Assembly (NCBI GenBank): GCA_965249725.1
Contig: CBDFMQ010000002.1
Coordinates: 160,001-224,000 of the forward strand
DNA: 64,000 nucleotides
From: Longimicrobiales bacterium
Lineage (GTDB): Bacteria; Gemmatimonadota; Gemmatimonadetes; Longimicrobiales; Gaopeijiaceae
Reading direction: 5' to 3'
In this document: positions 9,898-20,287 of the stretch, piece by piece
How the letters are laid out: each line of letters opens with the position of its first letter
Numbering within the stretch: the stretch's first letter is position 1
Translations under genes and position numbers: made by a program
Notes under the pieces: model-generated
The model's database searches: none
What the model was told of the DNA's origin: nothing
Seen by the model: the letters and a program-made list of their open reading frames with translations, nothing else

Positions 9898-11658
9898 CTA
9901 GCGTGACCCGCCGGCCTTCGCCTCCGCTTCGACGTCGGCCACCCACTCGTCGAGGAGCCCCCGAAGCCGCCGGGCCACGTCCTGTCTGATGTTCGACAGG
10001 TCGTTCCGCTCCCCCGGGTCGTCTTGGACGTTGAACACGAACGAGGCCCGTCCCCAGTCGACGTCCTGTATCAGTAGCTTCCAATCGCCGCTCCGGACGG
10101 CTCGATCGATGCCCCCGGTGGCCCGCCAGAACAGGGTGCGCTCCACCTCGGGTGCCTCTCCGGTCAGGATGGGCAGCAGGTTGATACCGTCGAGATCCAG
10201 GTCGGTGGGCACGGACGCACCGGTGGCCGCCAGAATGGTCGCCGTAACGTCCATTGTGATGCCCACCTGCCCGGTCACCGGCCCTGCTGGAATCACACCC
10301 GGCCAGGCCATGATGGCCGGCACACGAATCCCCCCCTCACAGACGGTCCCCTTACGGTTGAAAAGCGGTGCGTTGCGCGAAAGCCACTCGCCGCCGTTGT
10401 CGTTGGTGAAGACCACCAGCGTGTTCTCGGTCAGCCCGGCATCGGCGATCGCCTGCACGATGGCCCCGATGCCCTGGTCGGCGCGCTCGAGCATGGCGAT
10501 GTAGTCCTCCCGCGTGCTCGTATCCTCGCTGTGCGGCTGCAGGTGGGCCGCATTCCGTCGGGCCACCGACAGCATGTCGGGCGGTTGGTACGGCCAGTGC
10601 GCCGCGTTGTACTGCACGGAGAGGAAGAACGGTCGGCCGGCGTTCTGATGGATGAAGTCGACGGAGCGGTCGGTGATCAGGTCGGTGAGGTAGCCGTCCG
10701 CATCGATCCGCTCCTCGTTCTCCCACAGGTCTGATGCACCCTGACCGTTGGTGTGTTGGTAGTAGTCGACGTAGCCCGACTTGAAGCCGTAGAAATAGTC
10801 GAAGCCGTGCGCACCAGGACTCTGATTCCGCTTGTAGCCGAGGTGCCACTTCCCGACGAGACCCGTGGCGTATCCGCTGTTCTTGAGGAGCTGCGGCAGC
10901 GTGCGCCCGTTCGCCTCAAGCCCTCGCGCGTTCAGCACCAGCCCTCCCCAGAACGACTCGCGGGCGCTGCCCATCGGTGCTTCCATCCCCACCCTCTGTT
11001 GGTACCGACCCGTGACGAAGCCCGCGCGGGTCGGCGTACACGCAGGGGCGTTGGCGTAGAAGTCGGTGAAGCGCACTCCGTCGTTCGCGAGCTGATCGAG
11101 GTTGGGGGTTCGGATGTCGGGTCCCCCGTAGCTGCCGAGGTCTCCGTAGCCGACGTCGTCGGTCATGATGAAGACAACGTTGGGGCGGGTTTGGGCGTGC
11201 AGGAGTGATGGGCTCGCGAGGACCGTCAGGAAGAACAGAGCCGTGACGCTTAGAACGCGTGGCCCCCCCCAGACATCCGAGGCGTCCGAGGGGACATTAC
11301 CGCGATTCGTGATCACCTCCTGGATCGCATCCATGAGATCTTGCGGATCGACGGGCTTTTCCAGCGCCGCCACGGCTCCGTACTGAATCGCAAAGGGAAG
11401 CTTGCTGGAGGCAGCACCGGAGACGGCGATGATGGCGGCGTTCGGGTGCTTTCCGAGCAACTCTTGAATGAGTCGGAGCCCGTCCACATTGGGCATCTGG
11501 AGATCCGTGACCACGACGTCGATGTCGTGCTCCTCGTAAACTTTCAGCGCGGCCTCGCCATCACCGGCAAAGTAGGGCTTGTGACCGGCGTCCTCGACCA
11601 CGGTGCTCTCGAGGAACCGGTCCATCTCCTCGTCGTCGACGATCAGCACGCTTGCCAT
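9898..11658 (-). CDS. Response-regulator receiver domain fused in frame to a secreted-type arylsulfatase
   Basis: N-terminal VLIVDD, TDLQMP, KP receiver motifs; then a signal-like segment and the sulfatase motifs PNVVFIMTDD, CTPTR, GKWHLG, DNG. Confidence 0.8.
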   Translation of the reverse strand: MASVLIVDDEEMDRFLESTVVEDAGHKPYFAGDGEAALKVYEEHDIDVVVTDLQMPNVDGLRLIQELLGKHPNAAIIAVSGAASSKLPFAIQYGAVAALEKPVDPQDLMDAIQEVITNRGNVPSDASDVWGGPRVLSVTALFFLTVLASPSLLHAQTRPNVVFIMTDDVGYGDLGSYGGPDIRTPNLDQLANDGVRFTDFYANAPACTPTRAGFVTGRYQQRVGMEAPMGSARESFWGGLVLNARGLEANGRTLPQLLKNSGYATGLVGKWHLGYKRNQSPGAHGFDYFYGFKSGYVDYYQHTNGQGASDLWENEERIDADGYLTDLITDRSVDFIHQNAGRPFFLSVQYNAAHWPYQPPDMLSVARRNAAHLQPHSEDTSTREDYIAMLERADQGIGAIVQAIADAGLTENTLVVFTNDNGGEWLSRNAPLFNRKGTVCEGGIRVPAIMAWPGVIPAGPVTGQVGITMDVTATILAATGASVPTDLDLDGINLLPILTGEAPEVERTLFWRATGGIDRAVRSGDWKLLIQDVDWGRASFVFNVQDDPGERNDLSNIRQDVARRLRGLLDEWVADVEAEAKAGGSR

Positions 11659-11735
11659 GGCATCACGGATCTGAGAGGTCAGTCAATTGAAGATTGTCCC
11701 AACTATTACGGTGTGATGTGACACATGCAAGCGCC

Positions 11736-13085
11736 TCAGTGCCTCGGAGCCCGCGCCGGCCGCCGCCTCGGATTGTTCATCGTCCTCGGCGTGTCCCATT
11801 CGAACCTGCCGTCCCGCTTGTAGACCTTTCCGTCCTTCATGACGAAGTGGACTCCCCGGAGTGCAGCAACATCGCTCAGCGGGTTGTCACTGACGGCGAT
11901 GATGTCGGCTGCCAGCCCTGCCCTGAGCACGCCGCTGTTCACACCAAGAAGCTCGGCGGAGTTCTTCGTGAGCATCTGGAGGATGTACGAATCAGGGATA
12001 TCCGCCGCCTTGTAGCTGTCCAGGAACTCCAACGTGAGTTCACCGCGGGTCCACCCGTCTCGGATGTAGACAACGTCCGTCCCGAATACCATTGGCACGC
12101 CGAATCCGTAGGCTCGGCGGATGCGATCGACCGCTCTCGCGTAATTCTCGGGGCTGTGCCGCGAAGCCGGGAAGTCGGTCCCGCTGAGATAGGTCCCGCG
12201 CTCGGCCATGAGCTGGAGGGTCTCGTCGGTGGGTCGTGTCCCGTGCTCGATGGAGGCCACGCCGGCTAGGGTAGCGTTCCGGATGCCCTCGTCCGTGTGG
12301 GCGTGCGTCATGACCTTGATGCCGACGTCACCGGCCTCTTCCACCGCCGCACGGATGTCGTCCACGGAGTAGATGTAGGGCTGGTTGTCGACGATGAGCT
12401 TGATGAAGTTCGCGCCGTAGTGGATGTTCTCGCGGATCGCCTTACGGATCTCGTCCTGGGTATCCGCATATGTGTATTCGGGGTTGCCGAGGTCCGGCTT
12501 CTCCGGCTGCATCTGAAACTGACCCCCGAACGGGGCGATCATGATGCCGGCGGCCTTCATGTTCGGACCCGGTATCCAACCGCCTTCGATCGCCCTCCTC
12601 AGGGTCACGTCGCCATAGAGCCCGTTGTTGCCGGCGTCGCGTACCCATGTGAAGCCAGTCTCGAGCATATTGCGGGCCTGCATCGTCCCCTGAGCGACGC
12701 GAAACGCCGTCGGCTCGATCAGGCTCGTGTAGTAGTAGGATCCGAAGTCGTTGATGTCGGCGCCCGGCATCTCGGTGAGCGCCAAGTGAGTGTGGACGTC
12801 CATCATGCCCGGGAGGACATAGGAGTCCGAGAGGTCGATCACCTCCGCGCCGGAGGGGATGTTCACGTTGGGGCCCAGCGCCTGGATGATGCCGTCCTGG
12901 ACCAGGATGACCTGGTTCGACACGGCTTGGCCGTTCTCCACGTCGATCATGTTGCCGGCCCGGATGGCGATGGTCTGTGCAGAGGCCGATCCAAAGATCG
13001 CGGTCTGGAGCAGGAGAAGGAGGAAGAAGAGGAAGCCGCGCGTGGCGGTACGGATCGTGATGGCGTGACTACTAGCCTGTCTCAT
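11736..13085 (-). CDS. Metal-dependent amidohydrolase (Xaa-Pro dipeptidase-like), secreted
   Basis: PGMMDVHTH, HAH, SIEHG, FGTD and ADIIAV motifs. Confidence 0.85.
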   Translation of the reverse strand: MRQASSHAITIRTATRGFLFFLLLLLQTAIFGSASAQTIAIRAGNMIDVENGQAVSNQVILVQDGIIQALGPNVNIPSGAEVIDLSDSYVLPGMMDVHTHLALTEMPGADINDFGSYYYTSLIEPTAFRVAQGTMQARNMLETGFTWVRDAGNNGLYGDVTLRRAIEGGWIPGPNMKAAGIMIAPFGGQFQMQPEKPDLGNPEYTYADTQDEIRKAIRENIHYGANFIKLIVDNQPYIYSVDDIRAAVEEAGDVGIKVMTHAHTDEGIRNATLAGVASIEHGTRPTDETLQLMAERGTYLSGTDFPASRHSPENYARAVDRIRRAYGFGVPMVFGTDVVYIRDGWTRGELTLEFLDSYKAADIPDSYILQMLTKNSAELLGVNSGVLRAGLAADIIAVSDNPLSDVAALRGVHFVMKDGKVYKRDGRFEWDTPRTMNNPRRRPARAPRH

Positions 13086-13134
13086 GATGTCCTCGCGTGG
13101 AGGGTTGATGCGCGGCCGGGGTGGGTGATCCATC

Positions 13135-15411
13135 TCAGCTCCCCGGTGTCAGCAGCAGGCGGTACTCGGCGTTCGCCTCGACGGCCTCACGGCTGAACGA
13201 CAGCGGGAAGTACTCTTGGTTGGCCCAGCTCTCTGTGAGGTTGCCGTAGAAGGGACTACCCGGACGCTCCGATTGGCCGGGTGCGTTCGTGCCCACCGAT
13301 CCGTCGAGATTCGAGAAGTCGATGACCTCACGGAACGTCGCTCCGATTGCGGCGACCGTGCCGGCGCCGCCCGTCCGCTCCGCCGCTGGCAGGTCGTACG
13401 CGGACACCAGCGAGTGGGGGAACTCGCTCCGATTGGTGCGCCCCCATCGCCAATCGGCCGGATCGTCACCTTGCTCCTCACGCAGCATCTGGAGTGCGGT
13501 GGTGAGCACATACTCCGGATCGATCTCCGCGCGGCCCGCCGGCTGCCCGAAGCCGAGGTCCGCCAGCACGCCACGAGCATGACCGAAGAGTGCCGCGGCG
13601 CGATCCTCTCTCCGGTAGACTCCATCCCAGTCCGCCAGTTCCTGCCTGTACCGCTCGACGTCCGCGTCCTCGGAGGTCCACCCACTGAAGATCTCCGCCC
13701 CCTCGGCCGCGGATGCCGAGAACGCATCGTGCTGCAGATCCTTGGAGTCCTGAACCGTGAACCCGCTTCTCGTCGAGATCACCTCGGAGACCCGCGCGAA
13801 CCGTGCGAACGGGCCCTGGGTCTTGAAGAAGAGCGGCGGGTCGTATCCCGGTGGATGGATGTCGTGATTTGCGGTGCCGACCCATCCCCGCTCGGGATTC
13901 AGCTCCCGTGGAAGGTCGTCCCGGAAGCCCTGCCACTCGTACTCGCCCGTGCCCGGCACCGGCAGCCGCCCGTGCCATCCTTCCCGGCGAGGTGATAGCG
14001 CGGAGGCCTGCCACGCGATGTTCCCCGATGCGTCGCCGCACACCATGTTCTCGGTCGGTGCGAACCAGTAGTCGAGCGCGTCCAGAAACTCGACGCAGTC
14101 CGACGCAACGTTGAGCCGCAGCGCGGCGAGGTAGCCGGTGCTACCCGGCTCGTGCATCGTCGAGCGCATTGCGTACATCAGTCCGTTGTCCGCGTCTTCG
14201 TGGAAGATGGGTCCATGTCGCGAGAACTTGAGCTCCACGACATCCGCCCCCCCGCCGCGGATGCGGATCGTGTCGTATTCGATACGGAGTGCCTCCCAGC
14301 CGTCTCCGAAACGGACTTGGTTCGGATCCTCCGGGTTCACCTGTTCTACGTAGACATCGGACTGGTCCGTCCCGACGATCGTGAGGCCCCAGGCGATACG
14401 ACCGTTGTGACCGATCGCCACGCCGGGCAGGACCGGCTCGGTGGACCCGATCGCCGTCCACCCCGGGGCGTCGAGGTGCACCATGTACCGGAGCGAGGGG
14501 TTGGTGACCCCCCGGTGTGGGTCGTTGGCCACGATGACCTGACCGGTGGCCGTGCGCGAGCCGCTGATCGCCCAGTTATTGCTTCCCGGCGACGTCTCCC
14601 GCACACCGAGATTCAGTGAGACCCTCGCGTCGGACCAGGTGTCGAAGGGAGAGACGAGGGCAGGCCTGACGATCGTGCCCTGAAATCCTCGGAGACCCGC
14701 CGGCACCGCACCGTCGATGATCGTGTAGTCGACGCTCTCCGGGACGACCAGGTCACGGAAGGGGGTCGGGCGTGCCTGCTGGTTCGCCTGTTGGGCCCCG
14801 ATCTCTGCTACGCTCCGAGCGAGCAGGAGCTCACGCCCGGCGTCTCGCGTGGGCATCGCGGTGGCGATCCGGAGCAGAGGCGTCTCGATGCTCCACGGGA
14901 GAGGGCGGAGGCCGGTCAGTTCGAACTCCACCGGTAGTCGGCCCGTGGCCTCTGCATGGGCGATGTAGGCGTTGACCCCTGACGAGAACGCCTCGAGGAT
15001 GCGACGGCCTTCCGGGTGATAGCTGTTGAACTCCTCGTCGGTCCAGGGCCCCCGGTACTTGATGAGCCTCGCGAACCGATCGTGTGCGAGGGCGCCCGAG
15101 CCCAGAATCTCTGCCAGCCGGCCCTCTCCTGCACGCCGGTACATGTCCATCTGCCAAAGGCGGTCCTGTGCTTGAACGAAGCCTTGGGCGAAGAAGAGAT
15201 CGTCGATGTCGTCCGCATAGATATGGGGGACACCCCACGGATCGCGGATCACTTCCACCTCGGCCTGAAGGCCGGGCACCGAGATCGTTCCCTCGATCTG
15301 TGAGAGATGCTCCCGTGCGAGCCCCGCGAAGTCGCTTGGCGCCGACTCGCAGGCGGCGGTCGCGAGGATGACGCCTGTCGCGAGTGAAACGACAAATCGA
15401 GATGTCTGCAT
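13135..15411 (-). CDS. Penicillin acylase (peptidase S45) family lipoprotein
   Basis: RDPWGVPHIYA, QDRLWQMD, GSNNW catalytic Ser, ANDPH; lipobox TAAC. Confidence 0.9.
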   Translation of the reverse strand: MQTSRFVVSLATGVILATAACESAPSDFAGLAREHLSQIEGTISVPGLQAEVEVIRDPWGVPHIYADDIDDLFFAQGFVQAQDRLWQMDMYRRAGEGRLAEILGSGALAHDRFARLIKYRGPWTDEEFNSYHPEGRRILEAFSSGVNAYIAHAEATGRLPVEFELTGLRPLPWSIETPLLRIATAMPTRDAGRELLLARSVAEIGAQQANQQARPTPFRDLVVPESVDYTIIDGAVPAGLRGFQGTIVRPALVSPFDTWSDARVSLNLGVRETSPGSNNWAISGSRTATGQVIVANDPHRGVTNPSLRYMVHLDAPGWTAIGSTEPVLPGVAIGHNGRIAWGLTIVGTDQSDVYVEQVNPEDPNQVRFGDGWEALRIEYDTIRIRGGGADVVELKFSRHGPIFHEDADNGLMYAMRSTMHEPGSTGYLAALRLNVASDCVEFLDALDYWFAPTENMVCGDASGNIAWQASALSPRREGWHGRLPVPGTGEYEWQGFRDDLPRELNPERGWVGTANHDIHPPGYDPPLFFKTQGPFARFARVSEVISTRSGFTVQDSKDLQHDAFSASAAEGAEIFSGWTSEDADVERYRQELADWDGVYRREDRAAALFGHARGVLADLGFGQPAGRAEIDPEYVLTTALQMLREEQGDDPADWRWGRTNRSEFPHSLVSAYDLPAAERTGGAGTVAAIGATFREVIDFSNLDGSVGTNAPGQSERPGSPFYGNLTESWANQEYFPLSFSREAVEANAEYRLLLTPGS

Positions 15412-15452
15412 GGCCTCGCCCCCGGCTTGTCGAAACATGCGTGTGGAACTGA

Positions 15453-18107
15453 TCACGGCAGCGCAAATACCAGGACGTCCGATCCCCCGGCGATCGCCAC
15501 GTACTGTTTGCCGTCTGCCATATAGGTCATGGGTGAGGCCTTCCAGAACTGGTTGGCCTCGAACCGCCAAAGCGGGTGACCGTCCGCTGCGTCGGCGGCG
15601 GAGAAGGCGCCGCTGTCGTCCCCGTAGAACACGAGTCCTCCCGCGGTACTGAGCGCTCCGCCCCAGGTGTCGGCGTGGCCAGCCTGAGGGATCTCCCAAG
15701 CGATCTCGCCCGTGTCGAGGTCGATCGCCCGCAGGTATTTCTTGCCCGGCTCGCCCGGGACCAGGCGGGTCGAGCCACCGTAGAACGACTCGCCCTCACG
15801 CCACCACTCGTCCGACTTCGTGTAGATGTTGCACTTCTCGAGCGCCATCACATAGAAGAGCCCCGTCCCGGGGCTGAAAGCGGTCGACATCCAGTTGGTG
15901 GCCCCTTCAATGGCGGGGCAGGCCTTGACGCCTTCGTAGCTCGGCACTGCGCCCGGTACGAGCACAGGCCTGCCGTCGGGGCCGATTTCGGTCGCCCAGG
16001 TCAGGCTGTCGACGAACGGCTCGGCCATCAGCAGCTCGCCACTCAGTCGGTCAAGCACGTAGAAGAACCCGTTGCGGCTGGCCTGCGCTAGGAGCTTCCG
16101 CTCGGACCCACGGAAGGGAGCATCGATGAGCATGGCCGTCTGCTGCGCGTCCCAGTCGTGCACGTCGTGTGGCGTGTACTGGAAATACCACTCCAAGGCC
16201 CCGTCGTCTGGATCCAGAGCGAGCACCGCGTTCGAGTACAGGTTGTCGCCCAGGCGCTCGTCCCCGTTGAAGTCGGGGCAGGGGTTGCCCGTGGTCCAGT
16301 AGAGGAGGTCGGCCTCGGGGTCGTAGGTGCCTGTGAGCCAGGCCGTGGCGCACCCGTGCTCGAGGGCTCGGCCGACCCACGTCTCCGAGGGCGGCTCTCC
16401 GGGCAGAGGGACTGTCCAGAAGCGCCACAACTCCTCCCCCGTATCAGCGCTATACCCTGCGACGAACCCCCGAGCGCCCTCGTCGCCGCCCGACGTCCCC
16501 GAAATCACCATGTCCTTGACCACCAACGGTGCCGACGTGGCTCCGTAGTGCTCACGGTAGTCGGCCATCTCGGTCTCCCACACAAGACTGCCCGTCCGCC
16601 GGTGCAGGGCGATCAAGTGAGCGTGGTCCGTGGCCAGGAACACCCGATCGTCCAAGACCGCCACTCCCCGGTTGATCCCACCCCGCGCATCGCCGATGAG
16701 CCCCGGAGTACGGGGGCGGGAGTAGTGCCAGATCTGACGGCCGGTCACGGCGTCCAACGCATAGACCTGGTTTGCGGTCGTGACGTACATGGTGCCATCG
16801 ACCACGACCGGCGTGACCTGCAGGCGGCTGGCATTCCGGATCGGGAAGATCCACTCGACCGAGAGGTCCGAGACGTTGCCGGTATCGATCTGATCGAGTG
16901 GGCTGTGCCGATTGCCGCTCAGGTGGCCGTGGTAGGTGGGCCAATCGCCGAGGCGTGGGTCGGCGATCTCGGAGAAGGGGACCGGGCGGGGAGGCTCGAT
17001 TTCCGCGATCTGTGCGTGCAGCGCAGGGTTGTCGGCTGCCGCGGCCACGAGCGAGCGCACGTACTCGACGAGCGTGTCCAACTCGTTGCCCTCGAGGGTG
17101 GCGGCGGGCATGCCGCCTTCTGGGACACCAACCGTGATCAACGACCGGAGAGCCTCGGGTGAACTCGCTCCGACTCCGTCGGTCCGCACGATGCTCGGCC
17201 CCAACTCACCGCCGGCCCCGTCACCTCCGTGACAAGCAGCGCAACGTCCCTCGAAGAGCTGCCGGCCTTGGGTGGCCGTGCGCTCCGGCGGTTCACCCGC
17301 CTGGCCAGCCTCGAAGACCAGATAGCCGAAGCGGCTCGGCTCGTGGACCGTCGAGCGCGTCGGGGACCACGCCAACTCTTCGACTTCGTAACCCGCGCCT
17401 CGGCTGTACCGATAGAAACCGCCCCGCCAGGTGTCGCCAGGCTCAGGTGTCGATGCCTCCAGGTCGGAGAACGGCACCCTTGCTTCCACGACCCAGTGCG
17501 TGTCCCTGTCGCTGGCGTCCTGGACTGTGCCCAGCACAGCAACGGCACTGGTCATGTCGGTCGCGGTGTAGTCCCAGTCACCCTCGATGCCTTCGGACAT
17601 CCCTGCTGCGTCCAGGGTGTTGACGATGACGGCGTCGAAAACGGCCCCTAGCGGGTTCCACTGTAGCTCGATGTACCGAGTGAGATCGCCCGAAGTGATG
17701 AAGAGCTCGGCGACCTCCTCCTCCCAGAAGCGGCTGTCACGCTCGGTGAACGTTCCTTGGATCTCGGAGTCGCTCACGATCCAGGCCATGTAGAGGGCGG
17801 AGTCGTCGTAGAAGAGGCGGACGTCCGTCGACTCCCTCCCTATACCCGCACCGTCGTTACGGACCAACGACAATCCCGCGGCGGTCCGCCACACGGTTTC
17901 GTCCAACCGGCCGTCGACAGCGACTGCCTCGGTGGAGCGCGGGATCGAGATCCGATTCGGGGAGATGCCCGAGGATTGCTGGGCGCCGGCGAGGACCGGT
18001 GTCGCCAGAAGGATGACCGGTGCGGCCAGAAGAGTGGGCGTGCACCATCCGCCAGACCGGAGCGCGCCATGTCCGCGAAGACGCCTAGGGTCGGATCGAT
18101 GGAGCAT
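15453..18107 (-). CDS. CBM9-like domain + cytochrome c + PQQ-dependent dehydrogenase fusion
   Basis: VDGRLDETVW CBM9-like N-terminus; CAACH heme motif; WPTYHG, NRGVA, YWTTGNP, PHDVHDWD and ASPMTY...GKQYVA PQQ motifs; start uncertain. Confidence 0.8.
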   Translation of the reverse strand: MLHRSDPRRLRGHGALRSGGWCTPTLLAAPVILLATPVLAGAQQSSGISPNRISIPRSTEAVAVDGRLDETVWRTAAGLSLVRNDGAGIGRESTDVRLFYDDSALYMAWIVSDSEIQGTFTERDSRFWEEEVAELFITSGDLTRYIELQWNPLGAVFDAVIVNTLDAAGMSEGIEGDWDYTATDMTSAVAVLGTVQDASDRDTHWVVEARVPFSDLEASTPEPGDTWRGGFYRYSRGAGYEVEELAWSPTRSTVHEPSRFGYLVFEAGQAGEPPERTATQGRQLFEGRCAACHGGDGAGGELGPSIVRTDGVGASSPEALRSLITVGVPEGGMPAATLEGNELDTLVEYVRSLVAAAADNPALHAQIAEIEPPRPVPFSEIADPRLGDWPTYHGHLSGNRHSPLDQIDTGNVSDLSVEWIFPIRNASRLQVTPVVVDGTMYVTTANQVYALDAVTGRQIWHYSRPRTPGLIGDARGGINRGVAVLDDRVFLATDHAHLIALHRRTGSLVWETEMADYREHYGATSAPLVVKDMVISGTSGGDEGARGFVAGYSADTGEELWRFWTVPLPGEPPSETWVGRALEHGCATAWLTGTYDPEADLLYWTTGNPCPDFNGDERLGDNLYSNAVLALDPDDGALEWYFQYTPHDVHDWDAQQTAMLIDAPFRGSERKLLAQASRNGFFYVLDRLSGELLMAEPFVDSLTWATEIGPDGRPVLVPGAVPSYEGVKACPAIEGATNWMSTAFSPGTGLFYVMALEKCNIYTKSDEWWREGESFYGGSTRLVPGEPGKKYLRAIDLDTGEIAWEIPQAGHADTWGGALSTAGGLVFYGDDSGAFSAADAADGHPLWRFEANQFWKASPMTYMADGKQYVAIAGGSDVLVFALP

Positions 18108-18362
18108 GCGGTCGTGTCTCGGGCCCGGGAAAGTGTGCGCTTACCGTGTCGCTCACCGGAAGACGGGTGTTCATGATACGGGCCTAGGAGCGTGAGTTCA
18201 AAGCGGGCGCCGGCCCCGCGGGCGTCCCCCGGGGCATCCGGTCAGGAGAACTCCCACATGTTCGAGGGTAACATCCGGATGGTGCCAGGTGGGGGCCGGT
18301 GGCATGTTTTCGAAGGTTGGCGTTCACCCTACTCGATGTCCTCATTGCGGGAGAAAGAGATC

Positions 18363-18941
18363 ATGGGCGTGAGATCCGCCGTCCACGGACTCGTCATCAT
18401 CAGTGCCGCTACGTTCGTCGCGGGGTGCTCCGGCTCGCCCTCAGGCGATGGTCCGACCGCACCCACCGCACCCACGGGACCCACCGTGCTGCTCTCGGTC
18501 GTGCCGGCGGTCGGCACCGTGGACGTCGGCCTCACCGCGGATATCGAGGTCCGCTTCAGCCAGTCGATTCCGACGACGATGCGGAACTATATCGCCCTGC
18601 ACGACGGGGATTGTCCGGGACCGGTGGTGGGAGGGATGTGGTCTCGCACGAGCGATCAGGTGGGGCTCCACTTCATGTCGTTCGAGCCGTTGATGCCCGA
18701 GACCGAGTACACGATCCACGTCGGTGGTGGCATGACCGACGGGTCCGGCATGACCTTCGACCTCGGGACGCACGGCTTCGGCATGGGAGGCGAGTGGGCG
18801 ACCGAGGAGATGGTGCTCGGGCCGGATGGCATGGGGATGGGAATGGACATGATGGGCCAGACCATCAGCCATACCGGCCTTGGCTGGGCCTACTCCGATG
18901 GCACGTACGGGATGGTGTTCCAGTTCACCACGGGCGGTTGA
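18363..18941 (+). CDS. Lipoprotein with Ig-like (Big_5-type) domain and Met/Gly-rich tail
   Basis: Lipobox VAGC; IEVRFS...PLMPETEYTI Ig-like pattern; GMGMGMDMMG. Confidence 0.6.
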   Translation: MGVRSAVHGLVIISAATFVAGCSGSPSGDGPTAPTAPTGPTVLLSVVPAVGTVDVGLTADIEVRFSQSIPTTMRNYIALHDGDCPGPVVGGMWSRTSDQVGLHFMSFEPLMPETEYTIHVGGGMTDGSGMTFDLGTHGFGMGGEWATEEMVLGPDGMGMGMDMMGQTISHTGLGWAYSDGTYGMVFQFTTGG

Positions 18942-19021
18942 GCCGAGCCGCATAAGGGCGTTGCGGGGAGGGACCCCCGGGCCCATTGCGCCGACCGCGG
19001 TGCACCGACACCCTATCCGCC

Positions 19022-20287
19022 ATGACTCCCGTTGAGCTCAGTACCTTCGCGAAATCCCTGACCGCCGAGACGGCGTTCACCGTGCTCGCAATTGCCAAGA
19101 AGCTCCAGGCATCCGGTAAGGACGTTGTGGAGTTGGAGATCGGCGACAGCCCGTTCAACACATCCTCGGCTGCCAAGGCCGCCGGGATCGAGGCGATCGA
19201 GGGCAACCATTCTCGGTACTGCGCTTCACCGGGTTTGCCGGAGCTCCGTGCGGCCGCGGCCCGATATGCCCGAAACGAATTCGGTATCCCTGCCGAGAGC
19301 GAGAACGTGGTCGTAGGATCCGGCGCCAAGGTCTTCGAGCAGTTCTTCTGCGAAGCCTTCCTGAATCCCGGCGACGGTGTGCTCGTTTTCAGTCCCTACT
19401 TCCCGACGTATGTGCCCAACATCCTGCGCCGGGGAGGGCGACCGGTTTTCGCACCGCTCAGACAGGCGAACGAGTTCAGGCCTGATCTGGCTGATATCGA
19501 ACGCTTCCTTGCGGATGATCCCTCACCGAAGGGCATCTTCCTGAACTCGCCTCACAATCCCACGGGGGGAGTGGCCACCGAAGATGACCTGAAGGCCATT
19601 GCCGACCTCATTCGCGGCCGACAGGTCGCGGTTTTCTGCGACGAGCCGTACTGCCACATGGTGTGGAAGGGTCATCATCACTCGTTGATGGCCCAGCCCA
19701 ACATGCTGGATCACGGCGTCGCGGCGTACACCTTCAGCAAGTCGTACAGCATGGGTGGATGGCGGCTAGGGTTCGCGGTGTCTTCTCCGAGCACGGCCGA
19801 GCGGATGGGTACGATGATCAACACCACGCTCTCGTGCACGCCGCCGTTCGTCCAGTTGGCCGGCACGGCCGCTCTCGAGCACGACGGCTCCGAGCGGGAT
19901 GCGACGATGGACAAGTTCCGCGGTAAGGTGAGCCTACTGACCGAGGGACTCAATCGAATCGACGGGTTCCACGCCCTCGAGCCCCGCGCCACGTTCTACG
20001 TGTTTCCGAACGTGGCTGACGTCTGCGACCGGCTGGGGATCACCAGTCACGGGTTGGCGCTCTACCTGCTCGAGGGCGCGGACGACGACTTCGGCGTGGC
20101 CTGTCTCGGCGGCGAGTGCTTCGGCGATGCCGGGGCGGGCTTCCTGAGACTCAGCTGCGCGGCCTCCGACGAGCGGCTCGAGCAAGCGTTGGACTTCATC
20201 CCGACGGCCATCGGCCGGGATGAGCGAGTCCGCGCGTTCCTCGAGGCCCGCCCCGAGCTGCGGCTGGAGGCCCCCTACCTGCGGTAG
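19022..20287 (+). CDS. PLP-dependent aminotransferase class I/II
   Basis: GLPELR, NSPHNPTG, DEPY and SKSYSMGGWRLG motifs. Confidence 0.9.
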   Translation: MTPVELSTFAKSLTAETAFTVLAIAKKLQASGKDVVELEIGDSPFNTSSAAKAAGIEAIEGNHSRYCASPGLPELRAAAARYARNEFGIPAESENVVVGSGAKVFEQFFCEAFLNPGDGVLVFSPYFPTYVPNILRRGGRPVFAPLRQANEFRPDLADIERFLADDPSPKGIFLNSPHNPTGGVATEDDLKAIADLIRGRQVAVFCDEPYCHMVWKGHHHSLMAQPNMLDHGVAAYTFSKSYSMGGWRLGFAVSSPSTAERMGTMINTTLSCTPPFVQLAGTAALEHDGSERDATMDKFRGKVSLLTEGLNRIDGFHALEPRATFYVFPNVADVCDRLGITSHGLALYLLEGADDDFGVACLGGECFGDAGAGFLRLSCAASDERLEQALDFIPTAIGRDERVRAFLEARPELRLEAPYLR

